This document shows positions 1 through 8,986 of a stretch of DNA of 32,000 nucleotides, piece after piece. Source of the DNA: Geotalea uraniireducens Rf4 (lineage in GTDB: Bacteria > Desulfobacterota > Desulfuromonadia > Geobacterales > Geobacteraceae); contig NC_009483.1 in the NCBI RefSeq assembly GCF_000016745.1, positions 2,340,001 through 2,372,000 on the forward strand, given 5' to 3'. The position numbers were made by a program, and so were the translations under genes. The notes under the pieces were generated by a model, which searched no databases, was not told where the DNA came from, and worked only from the letters and a program-made list of their open reading frames with translations. Each line of letters starts with the position of its first letter. The stretch's first letter is position 1.

Positions 1-3000
1 GTCGACGGGCTCATCCCTGCGCCGAGATGGGCTGCGATCTCGCCAAGGGTCCTGAGCGTCCCCAGATGTTCCGGTCCGATGACCGGTGCGCCGGAGAGCC
101 GTTCCTGGATAGCGGAGAGGATCTCGACCCTCTTGATGGAGTCGATGCCCAGGTCGGAATCCATCCCCATCTCCATCTCCAGCATCTCGACGGGATATCC
201 GGTTTTCTCGCTCACCACGGCAAGGAGGGTTTCCGCAACGATGTTGCCGGCAGGCGCTGCGAGAGCTTTTGTACTGGCAGCCACCGGGGCGACTGTTGCA
301 GCCGTGTCCATGCCTGCTCCGAGGTGTGCTGCGATCTCGCCGAGAGTCCGCAGCGTCCCCAGATGCTCGGGACCGATGACGGGTGCGCCGGGGAGCCGTT
401 CCTGGATTGCGGAGAGGATCTCGACCCGCTTGATGGAGTCTATGCCCAGGTCGGAATCCATCCCCATCTCCATCTCCAGCATCTCGACGGGATATCCGGT
501 TTTCTCGCTCACCACGGCAAGGAGCGTCCGGGCGATCCGGTCGCCGGCGCCGCTTGTCGCTGCCGGTGCTGCCGGTGCTGCCGGTACTGCGGGTGCTGAT
601 AACGCTGCGGAAACGGTCGTGACGATGGGGGCCGGGCCGGCCGGGACAATCGCAGGCTGAATCGGGGGTACCGCAGCAATCGTAGCAGCCGGTGCCGGAG
701 CGACCGCGGAGAAGGGAATCGGTCCGTTTCCTCCCTGGATGAGACGCTGCTGCTGTTCCAGAAGGGTCTGGAACGTCCGCCCTGCCGTTTCCTGCCCTTC
801 GAGGAAGCGGCGATGGAGCTGGGCGGTCTCTTCCTGCATCTTTTGCAGCACTGCCATGCTTTCTCTGGTTATCCGGAGCGACTCGGCGAGCGCCTCATGG
901 GATACCGGCCGGGGTACGGCGGGATATCCGGTTGCCGCTTGATTCGGATTGCCGGGAGGAGCTGCGACGGGCGTCACAGGAGTGGCTGTGTGAGGCACGG
1001 CCGCGGCTGGCCGGACGGGGGCGACAGGGGGTCGCTTGGGCTTCGGCTTCACATAGTTGGCCCCGCAGATCGGCACGGTCATGGCCGGCTTCCTGCCGGT
1101 ATTCGCCGGAGCCTGATACCCTTCATCCCAAGCGGAAAGACGCACTCCGTAACCGAGTACCGTCAGCTGGGCAAGGGTTCGGGCCAGGTCGGCGATGCCG
1201 GAACGTTTACCTGCGGAGGCATCGACGGCAACTGCAACGTGCTCCCGGTCCCCGAGGATCGCCTTGACGAGGCCGGTAAGGCGTGCTCCCGGCCCGACTT
1301 CGATGAAGGTGCGAACCCCATCTGCATGCATCGCATCTATCTCTGCGACGAACTCCACCGGTTTGGCCAACTGGTTGGCGAGGAGCGCCTTTGCCAGGGC
1401 CGTGTCGACCGGATATGCGGCGGCAGTGGTGTTTGCGTAAACGGGGACCTGCGCCCCCTTCAACTCTATATTTGCAAGTGCCGAGAGGAATGGCGCAGCA
1501 GCGTCGGCAACGAGGGGGCTGTGAAAGGCTGCCGCTACCGGAAGCTTTTTGCAGGGGAGGTTGCGGGAGGTAAAGACAGCGGCAGCCCGCTCGATCTCAG
1601 CGCTGCTACCGGACAGAACCGCCTGGGCCGGGGCATTGCGGTTGGCAACAACCAGGTCGAGTTTCTCCTCGGCGATTACCTGTTCAACGGTTGCCAGCGA
1701 GGTGGAAACAGCCAGCATGCTCCCCTTGTCACCTTTCCCCTCGCCCATGAGGCGGCCGCGCAGGCGCGAGAGTTCATGGAGCGCCGCTTCATCGAACCTT
1801 CCGGAGGCGCAGAGGGCGGTCAGCTCGCCGTAACTGTGGCCGGCCACGGCTTCCGGGGCCACGCCGAACGATTTCAGTATCTTCATGGCGCCTAGGCTCG
1901 TCGCGCCTATGGCCGGTTGGGCTGCTTCGGTGGCGCGCAGGGCTGCTTCCTGCTTTTCCCTGGTCTGGACATCGAATGCGGAAACAGGGTAGATGCGGTC
2001 GGAGAGGCGTGTGCCGTCCTGAGACGCGAAGCCGTCATCCGCAGCGGCGAGGGTGTCGAGCATCTGCGGGAAGCGGCAGGCCAGATCCCTGAGCATGCCG
2101 GCATACTGGGAACCCTGGCCGGGGAAGAGCATGCCGAGCTTGCCCGGTTTTTCACCGCAGGCAAAGAAGGCCCCGTCCGGGGTATTCCAGGGACTCTGCG
2201 GACTTTTGCGCAGCATCGCCCTGGCATTGGCGATGAGCGAGGCCAGGTTCGTCCGCTCCCGTTCAACGACCAGCGCAATGCGGCAGGCGGCGTTTCCGTT
2301 GAAAACGGCGCGGGATGTTGCGGCCGCGTTTCTTAGTTCGCTCCAGGCGATATCGGCCGGCACCCCGGCAAGGGCGGTTTCCAATTTTCCGCTGTCGTCT
2401 GCGGAAAAGGCCAGCAGCTGAACATTTCCGTCCCAGTCGACTGCCTTTTTCGTCGGCTGGTATTCTTCGAGAACCACATGGAAGTTCGAACCGCCGAAGC
2501 CAAAGGCGCTAACTCCGGCGCGCCGCGGCGCTGTTCCACGGCTGAGCCAGGGACGTTTTTCGCTCGCAAGGTAGAAGGGTGTGCGACCGGCGCTCACTTC
2601 CTCCAGTGGCTTTTCCACCTTGATGGTGGGGGGGAGGACCTTGTGGTGCAGGGCAAGGGCTGCCTTTATCAGCCCAGCTGCACCTGCCGCAGCCTTGGTG
2701 TGGCCGATCTGGGACTTTACCGAGCCGAGGGAGCACCACGGGGTTTCCGCTTCACCGTACACGTCCCGCAGGGCGCTCACTTCCACTGCATCTCCCACCT
2801 TGGTGCCGGTGCCGTGGGCTTCCAGCAGACCGATGCTGTCAGGTGTTACCCCTGCCCGGTTATAGGCGTTGATAAGTGCCTTCTTTTGGCCGGTGGCATT
2901 GGGGGCGTAGATCGCATCCCCCTTGCCGTCGCTGGATGAGCCGACGCCGCGGATCACTGCGTAGATCTTGTCCCCGTCGCGTTCTGCGTCGGCAAGCCGC

Positions 3001-3866
3001 TTGATGACCACGATGCCGAGCCCTTCGCCGAGAATGGTCCCGTCTGCTGCTGCGTCGAACGGTTTCGCATTGCCGGTCGGGGAGAGTGCAGGGGTCTTGC
3101 TGAAGCACATGTACATGAAAATGTCGTTGAATGTATCGATGCCGCCGGTGACCACCATGTCGGCCTTGCCCGAGGCGAGTTCCATGCTCGCCAGGTGAAG
3201 GGCGCTGAAGGAGCTGGCGCAGGCCGCATCCACGACGCAGTTGGTCCCGCCCAGGTCGTACTGCTTGCTGATCCGTCCGGCGACCACGTTGCCGAGGAGA
3301 CCGGGAAAGGAATTTTCCTGCCATGGGACGTAGGAGTCCGAGATGCGCTGCACGACGTCCGCGGCGACCGTATCGTCCACCCCCGACTCTTTCAGCGCCT
3401 GACGCCAGACCGGATGGCCGAGCCGTGCACCGAGGGGGATCACGAGCTCAAGGGTGCCGGTGACGCCGAGTATGACGCTTGCCCGGCTCCGGTCATAGTC
3501 CCGCTCTGCACCGTAACCGGCATCCTTGAGGGCATGGCCGGCGGCGACGAGGCCGAGGAGTTGGGAGGTGTCGATCGCCTCCATGATGTTGGGAGGGATG
3601 TTGAACTCCATCGGGTTGAAGGGAACCGGTGAAATGAAGCCGCCGCGTTGCCCGTAGGTCATATCGGGGGATTTCGGGTCCCGATCGTAATAATCGGCAA
3701 TCTGCCAATGGGTCGGGGGAATATCCGAAATTGCGTCGATACCTTCGGTGATATTCGACCAATAGGCATCCGGGTCGTTAGCCTTGGGAAAAAGGCAGCC
3801 GATGCCGATAATAGCCAGCGGGGCTTCGCTGGTGGAGAGGTCCGTTTTCACATCTTGCTCTTTCAC
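1..3866 (-). CDS. PfaA-like multidomain PUFA/polyketide-type synthase, N-terminal part (KS, AT, Ala/Pro-rich linker, ACP, ACP ...). The 3' end runs off the left edge of the window.
   Basis: Absent from the ORF track because no stop codon lies inside the window. My own minus-strand translation stays open in one frame from GTG at 3866 to base 1. KS motifs: VVDAACASS (Cys codon 3219-3221), EAHGTGT, GHTKAAAG, GFGGSNFH. AT motifs: GQGSQY and GHSYGE (1824-1841). Two ACP cores LGIDSIKRVEILS (Ser codons 435-437 and 138-140). The GTG start overlaps the upstream TGA stop (GTGA). Confidence 0.9.
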   Translation of the reverse strand, partial: MKEQDVKTDLSTSEAPLAIIGIGCLFPKANDPDAYWSNITEGIDAISDIPPTHWQIADYYDRDPKSPDMTYGQRGGFISPVPFNPMEFNIPPNIMEAIDTSQLLGLVAAGHALKDAGYGAERDYDRSRASVILGVTGTLELVIPLGARLGHPVWRQALKESGVDDTVAADVVQRISDSYVPWQENSFPGLLGNVVAGRISKQYDLGGTNCVVDAACASSFSALHLASMELASGKADMVVTGGIDTFNDIFMYMCFSKTPALSPTGNAKPFDAAADGTILGEGLGIVVIKRLADAERDGDKIYAVIRGVGSSSDGKGDAIYAPNATGQKKALINAYNRAGVTPDSIGLLEAHGTGTKVGDAVEVSALRDVYGEAETPWCSLGSVKSQIGHTKAAAGAAGLIKAALALHHKVLPPTIKVEKPLEEVSAGRTPFYLASEKRPWLSRGTAPRRAGVSAFGFGGSNFHVVLEEYQPTKKAVDWDGNVQLLAFSADDSGKLETALAGVPADIAWSELRNAAATSRAVFNGNAACRIALVVERERTNLASLIANARAMLRKSPQSPWNTPDGAFFACGEKPGKLGMLFPGQGSQYAGMLRDLACRFPQMLDTLAAADDGFASQDGTRLSDRIYPVSAFDVQTREKQEAALRATEAAQPAIGATSLGAMKILKSFGVAPEAVAGHSYGELTALCASGRFDEAALHELSRLRGRLMGEGKGDKGSMLAVSTSLATVEQVIAEEKLDLVVANRNAPAQAVLSGSSAEIERAAAVFTSRNLPCKKLPVAAAFHSPLVADAAAPFLSALANIELKGAQVPVYANTTAAAYPVDTALAKALLANQLAKPVEFVAEIDAMHADGVRTFIEVGPGARLTGLVKAILGDREHVAVAVDASAGKRSGIADLARTLAQLTVLGYGVRLSAWDEGYQAPANTGRKPAMTVPICGANYVKPKPKRPPVAPVRPAAAVPHTATPVTPVAAPPGNPNQAATGYPAVPRPVSHEALAESLRITRESMAVLQKMQEETAQLHRRFLEGQETAGRTFQTLLEQQQRLIQGGNGPIPFSAVAPAPAATIAAVPPIQPAIVPAGPAPIVTTVSAALSAPAVPAAPAAPAATSGAGDRIARTLLAVVSEKTGYPVEMLEMEMGMDSDLGIDSIKRVEILSAIQERLPGAPVIGPEHLGTLRTLGEIAAHLGAGMDTAATVAPVAASTKALAAPAGNIVAETLLAVVSEKTGYPVEMLEMEMGMDSDLGIDSIKRVEILSAIQERLSGAPVIGPEHLGTLRTLGEIAAHLGAGMSPS
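22..525 (-). repeat. Tandem duplication of the ACP-domain coding unit, period 297 bp (99 aa)
   Basis: GCTGCGATCTCGCC occurs at 31 and at 328. A block of about 82 nt (144-225 versus 441-522) is identical in both units. The plus-strand ORFs 27..599 and 79..660 show the same internal duplication because they are antisense read-throughs of this repeat. Confidence 0.9.
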
Positions 3867-5527
3867 CTGAGGTACTCCTTGATCTGTGCAATTTCGAGCG
3901 GTTCTATGCGCGTCTCCTCCGGCGCGAGGCGGATACCCTGGCAGCGGAGGAAATTGGCGCGGGTGAGCACCGCGGCGCCATGAAGAATGTTGAGGGCAAC
4001 CGTTACGACTTTTCGCCGGGAGGGGGATTCAAGGCCTGAGCCGCTTGCCCATTCGTTAAATGCGCCCATGGCAGGTCCGCACCATACCTGGTAGTCGATC
4101 TTGCGGGACGATTCGCCGTCCTTGGCCCAGTGGGCCGCCTGACCAAGATACCAGCGGAAGACGAGGGCCATCCGGTGCTTGGGATCCCGATCTCCACGCT
4201 CTGCCTGGCGCGGGTCGCGGCGCAGGAAGTAGGAGCGGGTATCCCGCCAGATATCATTGAGCGGAGCGCGGAACATGGTCTGCTCCAGCTTCTCCCGCTC
4301 GGCAGGGGGAATATCCTCCATGCTGCCGTACGTGCGGTAAATTTCATAGAGCTTTGCGGCACGCATGGGGAACATGGTCCCCCGCTTCAGCACCTGTACC
4401 GTCACCCCCATCTCGAACATGTCGGCGGCCGGGGCCATGGTCACATCGGCCTGACGGGTTTCTGCGAGCATGTTGCGCACCTCGTCGCAGGTGCCGGACT
4501 CGATGCAGGCCTGATTGACCGAGCCGGTCATGATGTATGCAGCTCCCATGGCAAAGGCGGCAGCGGCCGCGGCAGGGGTGGAGATGCCGCCGGCAAGACC
4601 GACGCGGAGTTTCTGCTTGTAGCCGTAACTCGCTTCAAGTTGGGATGCCAGGGAGAGGATGGTGGGAAAAAGGGCAATGGCCGGACGGTTGTCGGTGTGT
4701 CCGCCCGAATCGGCCTCGGCGGTAACATCCTGGGCCATGGGAATTTGCGCGGCCATCTCCGCCTGAGCCGGAGTGATCTCTCCGCTTGCGACCAGCTCTC
4801 TGAGGAACTTCTCGGGCGGGGGGGAGAAAAACCTGGCGGCCAGCTCTTCGCGGGAAACCTTGGCAATGATCCGGTTCGGGGCGACGATGGCGCCGTCAGG
4901 GGAACGGTGAATTCCATGGACGCGATAGCGGACCAGGGGGAGTGTCAGGGCGAGGAAGGCCGAAGCCTCTACGAGTCGTACCCCCTTCTCCATGTAAAGA
5001 CGCGAGAGTGCGTCCTCCATGTCAGGCTCTTGGGGGGAATGGATGAGGTTGAAGCCGTAAGGGAATTTGTTGCCGGCGAGGCGGCCGATGGCAGCCTCCA
5101 CAGTGGCGAACGGTAAACCTGCGGCACCGAAGAAGCCGAGCATTCCTTCGCGTCCCAGTTCTTCCGCCATTGCCGCAGAACTGATTCCCTTGGCCATGGA
5201 GCCGCCGATGTAAGGGAAACGGAGTCCGAGGTCGGCGCAGAATCCCTGGTCGCCGAGCCGTTCCGGCAGGCATGGCGGGGCATATCCGATGATGGGGTGG
5301 CTGTCGTCTTCCGGTTTTACTCCGCCGAACAGTCCGCTTCCGCCGGACTTCGCGACAACGCTGCTGCCGTTGCTCACCAGATAGAGAGGGAGGCGGACCA
5401 GACGAAGCGACTCCCTCAGGGTCTTGTCAGGAGCGGTTGAAAGCGATGAATCGGAGCACCACCAGCCGAGGCAGGCATGTTCCGAGGGATGACTGACAGA
5501 GTCATTCCTTGGCTGAAACTGGTTCAA
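3863..5527 (-). CDS. pfaD: PfaD-family enoyl reductase (FMN-dependent, 2-nitropropane-dioxygenase-like) of PUFA/secondary-lipid synthases
   Basis: 554-aa ORF. It carries family-typical strings along its whole length: FPYIGGSMAKGISS, MLGFFGAAGL, YGFNLIHSP, EADSGGHTDNRP, GGISTPAAAAAAFAMGAAYIMTGSVNQ, APAADMFEMGV.VQVLKRGTMF, FRWYLG, YQVWCGPAMGAFNEW. TTG start at 5527 sits 6 nt after AGGAG. Confidence 0.88.
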   Translation of the reverse strand: MNQFQPRNDSVSHPSEHACLGWWCSDSSLSTAPDKTLRESLRLVRLPLYLVSNGSSVVAKSGGSGLFGGVKPEDDSHPIIGYAPPCLPERLGDQGFCADLGLRFPYIGGSMAKGISSAAMAEELGREGMLGFFGAAGLPFATVEAAIGRLAGNKFPYGFNLIHSPQEPDMEDALSRLYMEKGVRLVEASAFLALTLPLVRYRVHGIHRSPDGAIVAPNRIIAKVSREELAARFFSPPPEKFLRELVASGEITPAQAEMAAQIPMAQDVTAEADSGGHTDNRPAIALFPTILSLASQLEASYGYKQKLRVGLAGGISTPAAAAAAFAMGAAYIMTGSVNQACIESGTCDEVRNMLAETRQADVTMAPAADMFEMGVTVQVLKRGTMFPMRAAKLYEIYRTYGSMEDIPPAEREKLEQTMFRAPLNDIWRDTRSYFLRRDPRQAERGDRDPKHRMALVFRWYLGQAAHWAKDGESSRKIDYQVWCGPAMGAFNEWASGSGLESPSRRKVVTVALNILHGAAVLTRANFLRCQGIRLAPEETRIEPLEIAQIKEYLR

Positions 5528-5715
5528 CTGGATCTCCTATCACCGGCACGTTTTTTATGCGGAAGTACGATGACCAAAGTGGTGCGAACAAATGGGCGGA
5601 CATGGCACTGGAAGGCAGGCAAATCCGGTGAAAAAAATTAGGCTGGATTCACTTTAATCGACCACATAATCAGTTAAAATGCCTGCAAAATTTAACTTAT
5701 GACATTTACCTGAAA

Positions 5716-5731
5716 TTGCACAAAAATGCAA
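5716..5731. promoter_or_regulatory. Imperfect palindrome TTGCAC-AAAA-ATGCAA in the pfaD upstream region (candidate operator)
   Basis: Read directly from the sequence, about 190 bp upstream of the pfaD start in an AT-rich intergenic region. No cognate regulator was identified. Confidence 0.2.
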
Positions 5732-5820
5732 GTCAAGACCTCGTTGTCAATGGGTCGATTGTGACGATATGTTTTGATCTTTAAAAGAGATTTAAGGTCG
5801 ATTGAATCCAAAAACAGCAG

Positions 5821-5955
5821 TTAGCCACGAATGACACGAATAAACACGAATATTTTTAACCCCTTGTTAAGTCTTGACTCGTCACCGATCTTGTGAGTGT
5901 CTTCTGCATCACATGAGCCTGTATATTCGTGCAAATTCGTGAAATTCGTGGCTAA
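5821..5955. repeat. 135-bp element with 32-nt terminal inverted repeats, each arm carrying three CACGAAT heptads at 9-10 bp spacing
   Basis: Left arm 5821-5852 is TTAGCCACGAATgaCACGAATaaaCACGAATA. The reverse complement of the right arm 5924-5955 is TTAGCCACGAATttCACGAATttgCACGAATA. Heptads are conserved and spacers are free. The element is intergenic between pfaD and the PAS kinase. Confidence 0.75.
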
Positions 5956-6223
5956 AATGCTTTTTGTAGGATTAATTGTCTTGAACGTTGCCCTCTCTCC
6001 TTCGAGTAGTACAATTAAAAAATCAAACTTAATGGCCGGTACGTTGACGCCCCTCACTGCGCAAAGTTCGGAAGAGCGGTGCTTTATCCGAGCCTGATTG
6101 CAGCATCCAGCTATTTTCCACATTGCGCCAGGAATGCCCCTTACGGAATTACCTCCACGCACAGAAGCCGGCTGGGCATCTTCGAGCTCTTGCATAATCT
6201 GTAACCGAGCAAAGGAGGACCCT

Positions 6224-8938
6224 ATGTCAATATCCGACCTCGACCAGGGAAAGATAAGCCAGGAACAGGAATTGAGAATCCAGCGGCAAATAGCTTTTGC
6301 CTCCGGTCTCTTCCAGGGCGATGTGACGGTACGCACCCTTCTGGAGTCGCTCGCCGAAGGAGTCGTCATCGTCGATACCTCCGGGACCATCCTGCTCGTC
6401 AATACCACTGCCGAGCATATGTTTGGTTATTCAAGGGAGGAGCTCGTCGGCAAGCCCCATGCCATTCTCATTCCCGAACGTTTGCGCGGGGTCCATGAAG
6501 AGCATCAGGCGCATTACTTCGCGGAGCCGAGGCTCAGATCGATGGGTGAACTCCACGATCTTGCCGGACGCCGCCGGGACGGAAGCGAGTTCCCCGTGGA
6601 GATCAGCCTGAGCTTTATCGAAACCATAAACGGCGTCCTCGTCATGGCCTTCGTCAGCGACATCACTCTCCGCAAGCAATACGAGTCGCGCCTTCGGGAG
6701 AGCGAGGAGCTGTTTCACACCCAGGTGGAATGCGTGAAGGACTATGCGATTTTCATGCTAGATGCAGACGGCAATGTTCTGAACTGGAATGCGGGGGCTG
6801 AGCGCCTGAAGGGTTATCAAGGGGAGGAGATAATCGGCAAACCTTTCTCCTGTTTTTATCCCGAAGAGGAGCGCAGCGCGGGCAAACCCGAAGAACAACT
6901 GGAAAGGGCGCAACGGGAGGGGCGCGTTGCCGCTGATGGGTGGCGGGTCCGCAAGGATGGGAGCCGGTTCTGGGCCGATATCATCATCACGGCGCTGCGC
7001 CTTGATGACGGGAACCTGCGCGGCTTCTCAACGGTGACGCACGACATCACCGAGCGCAAGCGGGCAGAGGATGCGCTGCGCTTCAGCGAAGAGCGCTTTC
7101 GTGCCTTGTATCGCGATAACCCGACCATGATCGCTACCATAGATGCCGAGCTTACGATGCTCTCGGTCAATCCGTTTTGCGCCAGCCAACTGGGTTACAC
7201 GATAGATGAACTGGAAGGACAGCCGGTGCTGAAGATATTCCATGAGGACGATCGCCCGGCTTTGGCCGAGCAGTTGCGGAGGTGTCTGCAGAACCCCGCT
7301 CGGGTGTACCAATGGCAGTTCCGCAAGGTCCGCAAAGACGGGGGGCTGCTCTGGGTGGAGGAAATTGCGCAGGCGGTGTATGACCTGAATGGTGCGCTCA
7401 ACATACTGGTCGTCTGTCAGGACATTACGGACCGCAAACGTACGGAAGATGCTTTGCGGGAGAGCGAGGAGCGCTTCCGCGCCACCTTCAACCAGGCCGC
7501 GGTCGGCATGGGCCTCATGACCCCCGATAGCCGCTGGATGCGGATCAACCAGAGGTACTGCGATATCGTCGGCTACACGGAAGAAGAGCTGAAAGCCCTG
7601 ACCATCAAGGACATCACCCATCCCGATGACCGGGAAGAAAGCCTGAAACAGTTCCATCTCCTGCTGGAGGGGAGGATCGGGAATTATTCCCTGGAGAAAC
7701 GCTATATCCGCAAGGACGGCTCCATCGTCTGGGTGAATATCACCGCTTCGATGGTGGCCGATGCCGACGGCAAGCCGCGATTTGCCGTGGGTGTCGTCGA
7801 GGATATCACCTCGCGCAAGCAGGCGGAGGAAGCCTTGGTCCGGGCAAAGAATGAATGGGAACTGACCTTCGACAGCGTTCAAGACCTCATTGCGATCCTG
7901 GATGACCAGTACCGAATCACACGCTTGAACAGGGCAATGGCGAAACGGCTCGGCCGGAAGCCCGAAGAATGCATCGGACTTGTCTGCTACAATGTCATCC
8001 ACGGGACCGAGAGCCCGCCGGAATTCTGCCCGCACATCAAAACGCTGGATGACGGCCGGGTACACGACGCGGAAGTACACGACGGCCATCTGGCAGGCGA
8101 TTTTCTCGTAAGTACTACCCCGCTCCTGGACCCGGACGGGAAGATGATCGGCGTAGTGCATATGGCCCGGGACATTACGGAGCGCAAACGGGCGGATGAG
8201 GAGATCGAGAGGCTGAACACCGACCTGGCGGCGCGGGCCGACGAGCTGGAGGCCGCAAACCGGGAGCTGGAGGCGTTCAATTACACGGTTGCCCACGACC
8301 TGCGCAAGCCGTTGACAGTGGTCAACGGCTACTGCCAGGCAATCCACGAGATGTGCGGCGACAAGCTCTGCGAGCAGTGCACCGGTTACCTCCGGGAGGC
8401 TTACGACGGCACGTTGCGCATGAACGGGCTCATCGAAGCACTGCTCAACTTTTCCCGTTTGGTCCACTTGGAACCGCGCCGGGAAATGGTCGATCTATCC
8501 CACATGGCGCATGAGGTGGAAACGGAGCTGAAGCTGGCCGAGCCGGAGCGACGGGTCAAGTTCCGGATCACCGACGGGGTTAGTGCCGACGGGGATGCGG
8601 GTTTGCTCCGGGTGGTCCTGGATAATCTTCTCGGCAACGCATGGAAGTATACCGACAAGCGAGAGGAGGGGGTCATCGAATTCGGCGTGACGGAGATCGA
8701 AGGGAAACCCGCCTGGTTCGTCCGCGATAACGGCACCGGCTTCGACATGGCGGATGCGGACAAGCTCTTTGCCCCTTTCCAGCGCCTCCCCGGAGTCGAA
8801 GAATGCAGAGGCTTCGGCATCGGCCTGGCCACGGTGGAGCGGATCATCCGGCGCCATGGCGGGCGGGTGTGGGCCGAAGGGGAAGCGGGGAAGCGGGCGA
8901 CATTTTATTTTACTTTGGGCGGTGACAGGATCATCTGA
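6224..8938 (+). CDS. Cytoplasmic sensor histidine kinase with five PAS/PAC modules, HisKA and HATPase_c
   Basis: ATG at 6224 is preceded by AAAGGAGGA; the ORF-track start at 6098 has no RBS. Five PAS-like units each end in a DIT.RK PAC-type string. H-box is AHDLRKPL. The ATPase part has N (LLGNAWKY), G1 (DNGTGF) and G2 (GFGIGLA) boxes. No TM segment. Confidence 0.9.
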   Translation: MSISDLDQGKISQEQELRIQRQIAFASGLFQGDVTVRTLLESLAEGVVIVDTSGTILLVNTTAEHMFGYSREELVGKPHAILIPERLRGVHEEHQAHYFAEPRLRSMGELHDLAGRRRDGSEFPVEISLSFIETINGVLVMAFVSDITLRKQYESRLRESEELFHTQVECVKDYAIFMLDADGNVLNWNAGAERLKGYQGEEIIGKPFSCFYPEEERSAGKPEEQLERAQREGRVAADGWRVRKDGSRFWADIIITALRLDDGNLRGFSTVTHDITERKRAEDALRFSEERFRALYRDNPTMIATIDAELTMLSVNPFCASQLGYTIDELEGQPVLKIFHEDDRPALAEQLRRCLQNPARVYQWQFRKVRKDGGLLWVEEIAQAVYDLNGALNILVVCQDITDRKRTEDALRESEERFRATFNQAAVGMGLMTPDSRWMRINQRYCDIVGYTEEELKALTIKDITHPDDREESLKQFHLLLEGRIGNYSLEKRYIRKDGSIVWVNITASMVADADGKPRFAVGVVEDITSRKQAEEALVRAKNEWELTFDSVQDLIAILDDQYRITRLNRAMAKRLGRKPEECIGLVCYNVIHGTESPPEFCPHIKTLDDGRVHDAEVHDGHLAGDFLVSTTPLLDPDGKMIGVVHMARDITERKRADEEIERLNTDLAARADELEAANRELEAFNYTVAHDLRKPLTVVNGYCQAIHEMCGDKLCEQCTGYLREAYDGTLRMNGLIEALLNFSRLVHLEPRREMVDLSHMAHEVETELKLAEPERRVKFRITDGVSADGDAGLLRVVLDNLLGNAWKYTDKREEGVIEFGVTEIEGKPAWFVRDNGTGFDMADADKLFAPFQRLPGVEECRGFGIGLATVERIIRRHGGRVWAEGEAGKRATFYFTLGGDRII

Positions 8939-8986
8939 CGACTCTTCTCTCTTCGCTCATGGCCTGACTCCGCTCCTGCATGGGCC

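Noticed and set aside
27-660. Plus-strand ORFs of 190 and 193 aa with striking internal duplication
   Set aside because: They lie antisense to the tandem ACP-coding repeats of the PfaA-like gene. Their duplication only mirrors the 297-bp repeat. They have no RBS or recognisable motifs, while the minus-strand frame has clear KS/AT/ACP motifs.
813-1895. 360-aa plus-strand ORF, with other plus and minus ORFs between 700 and 3800
   Set aside because: All overlap the continuous minus-strand KS-AT reading frame. They are typical long spurious frames in GC-rich DNA.
5603-5618. TGGCAC-containing sigma-54-like element (TGGCACTGGAAGGCAG) upstream of the PAS kinase
   Set aside because: The GG-to-GC spacing is one nucleotide short, there is no TTGC -12 box, and it lies more than 600 nt from the next plus-strand start.
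5821-6408. 195-aa minus-strand ORF and 66-aa plus-strand ORF (5897-6097)
   Set aside because: They run through the CACGAAT inverted-repeat element and into the antisense of the kinase 5' end. They show no RBS and no coding-like composition.
7028-8467. 479-aa minus-strand ORF
   Set aside because: It is entirely antisense to the five-PAS kinase, whose frame carries PAS, H-box and ATPase motifs. The antisense product has no recognisable features.
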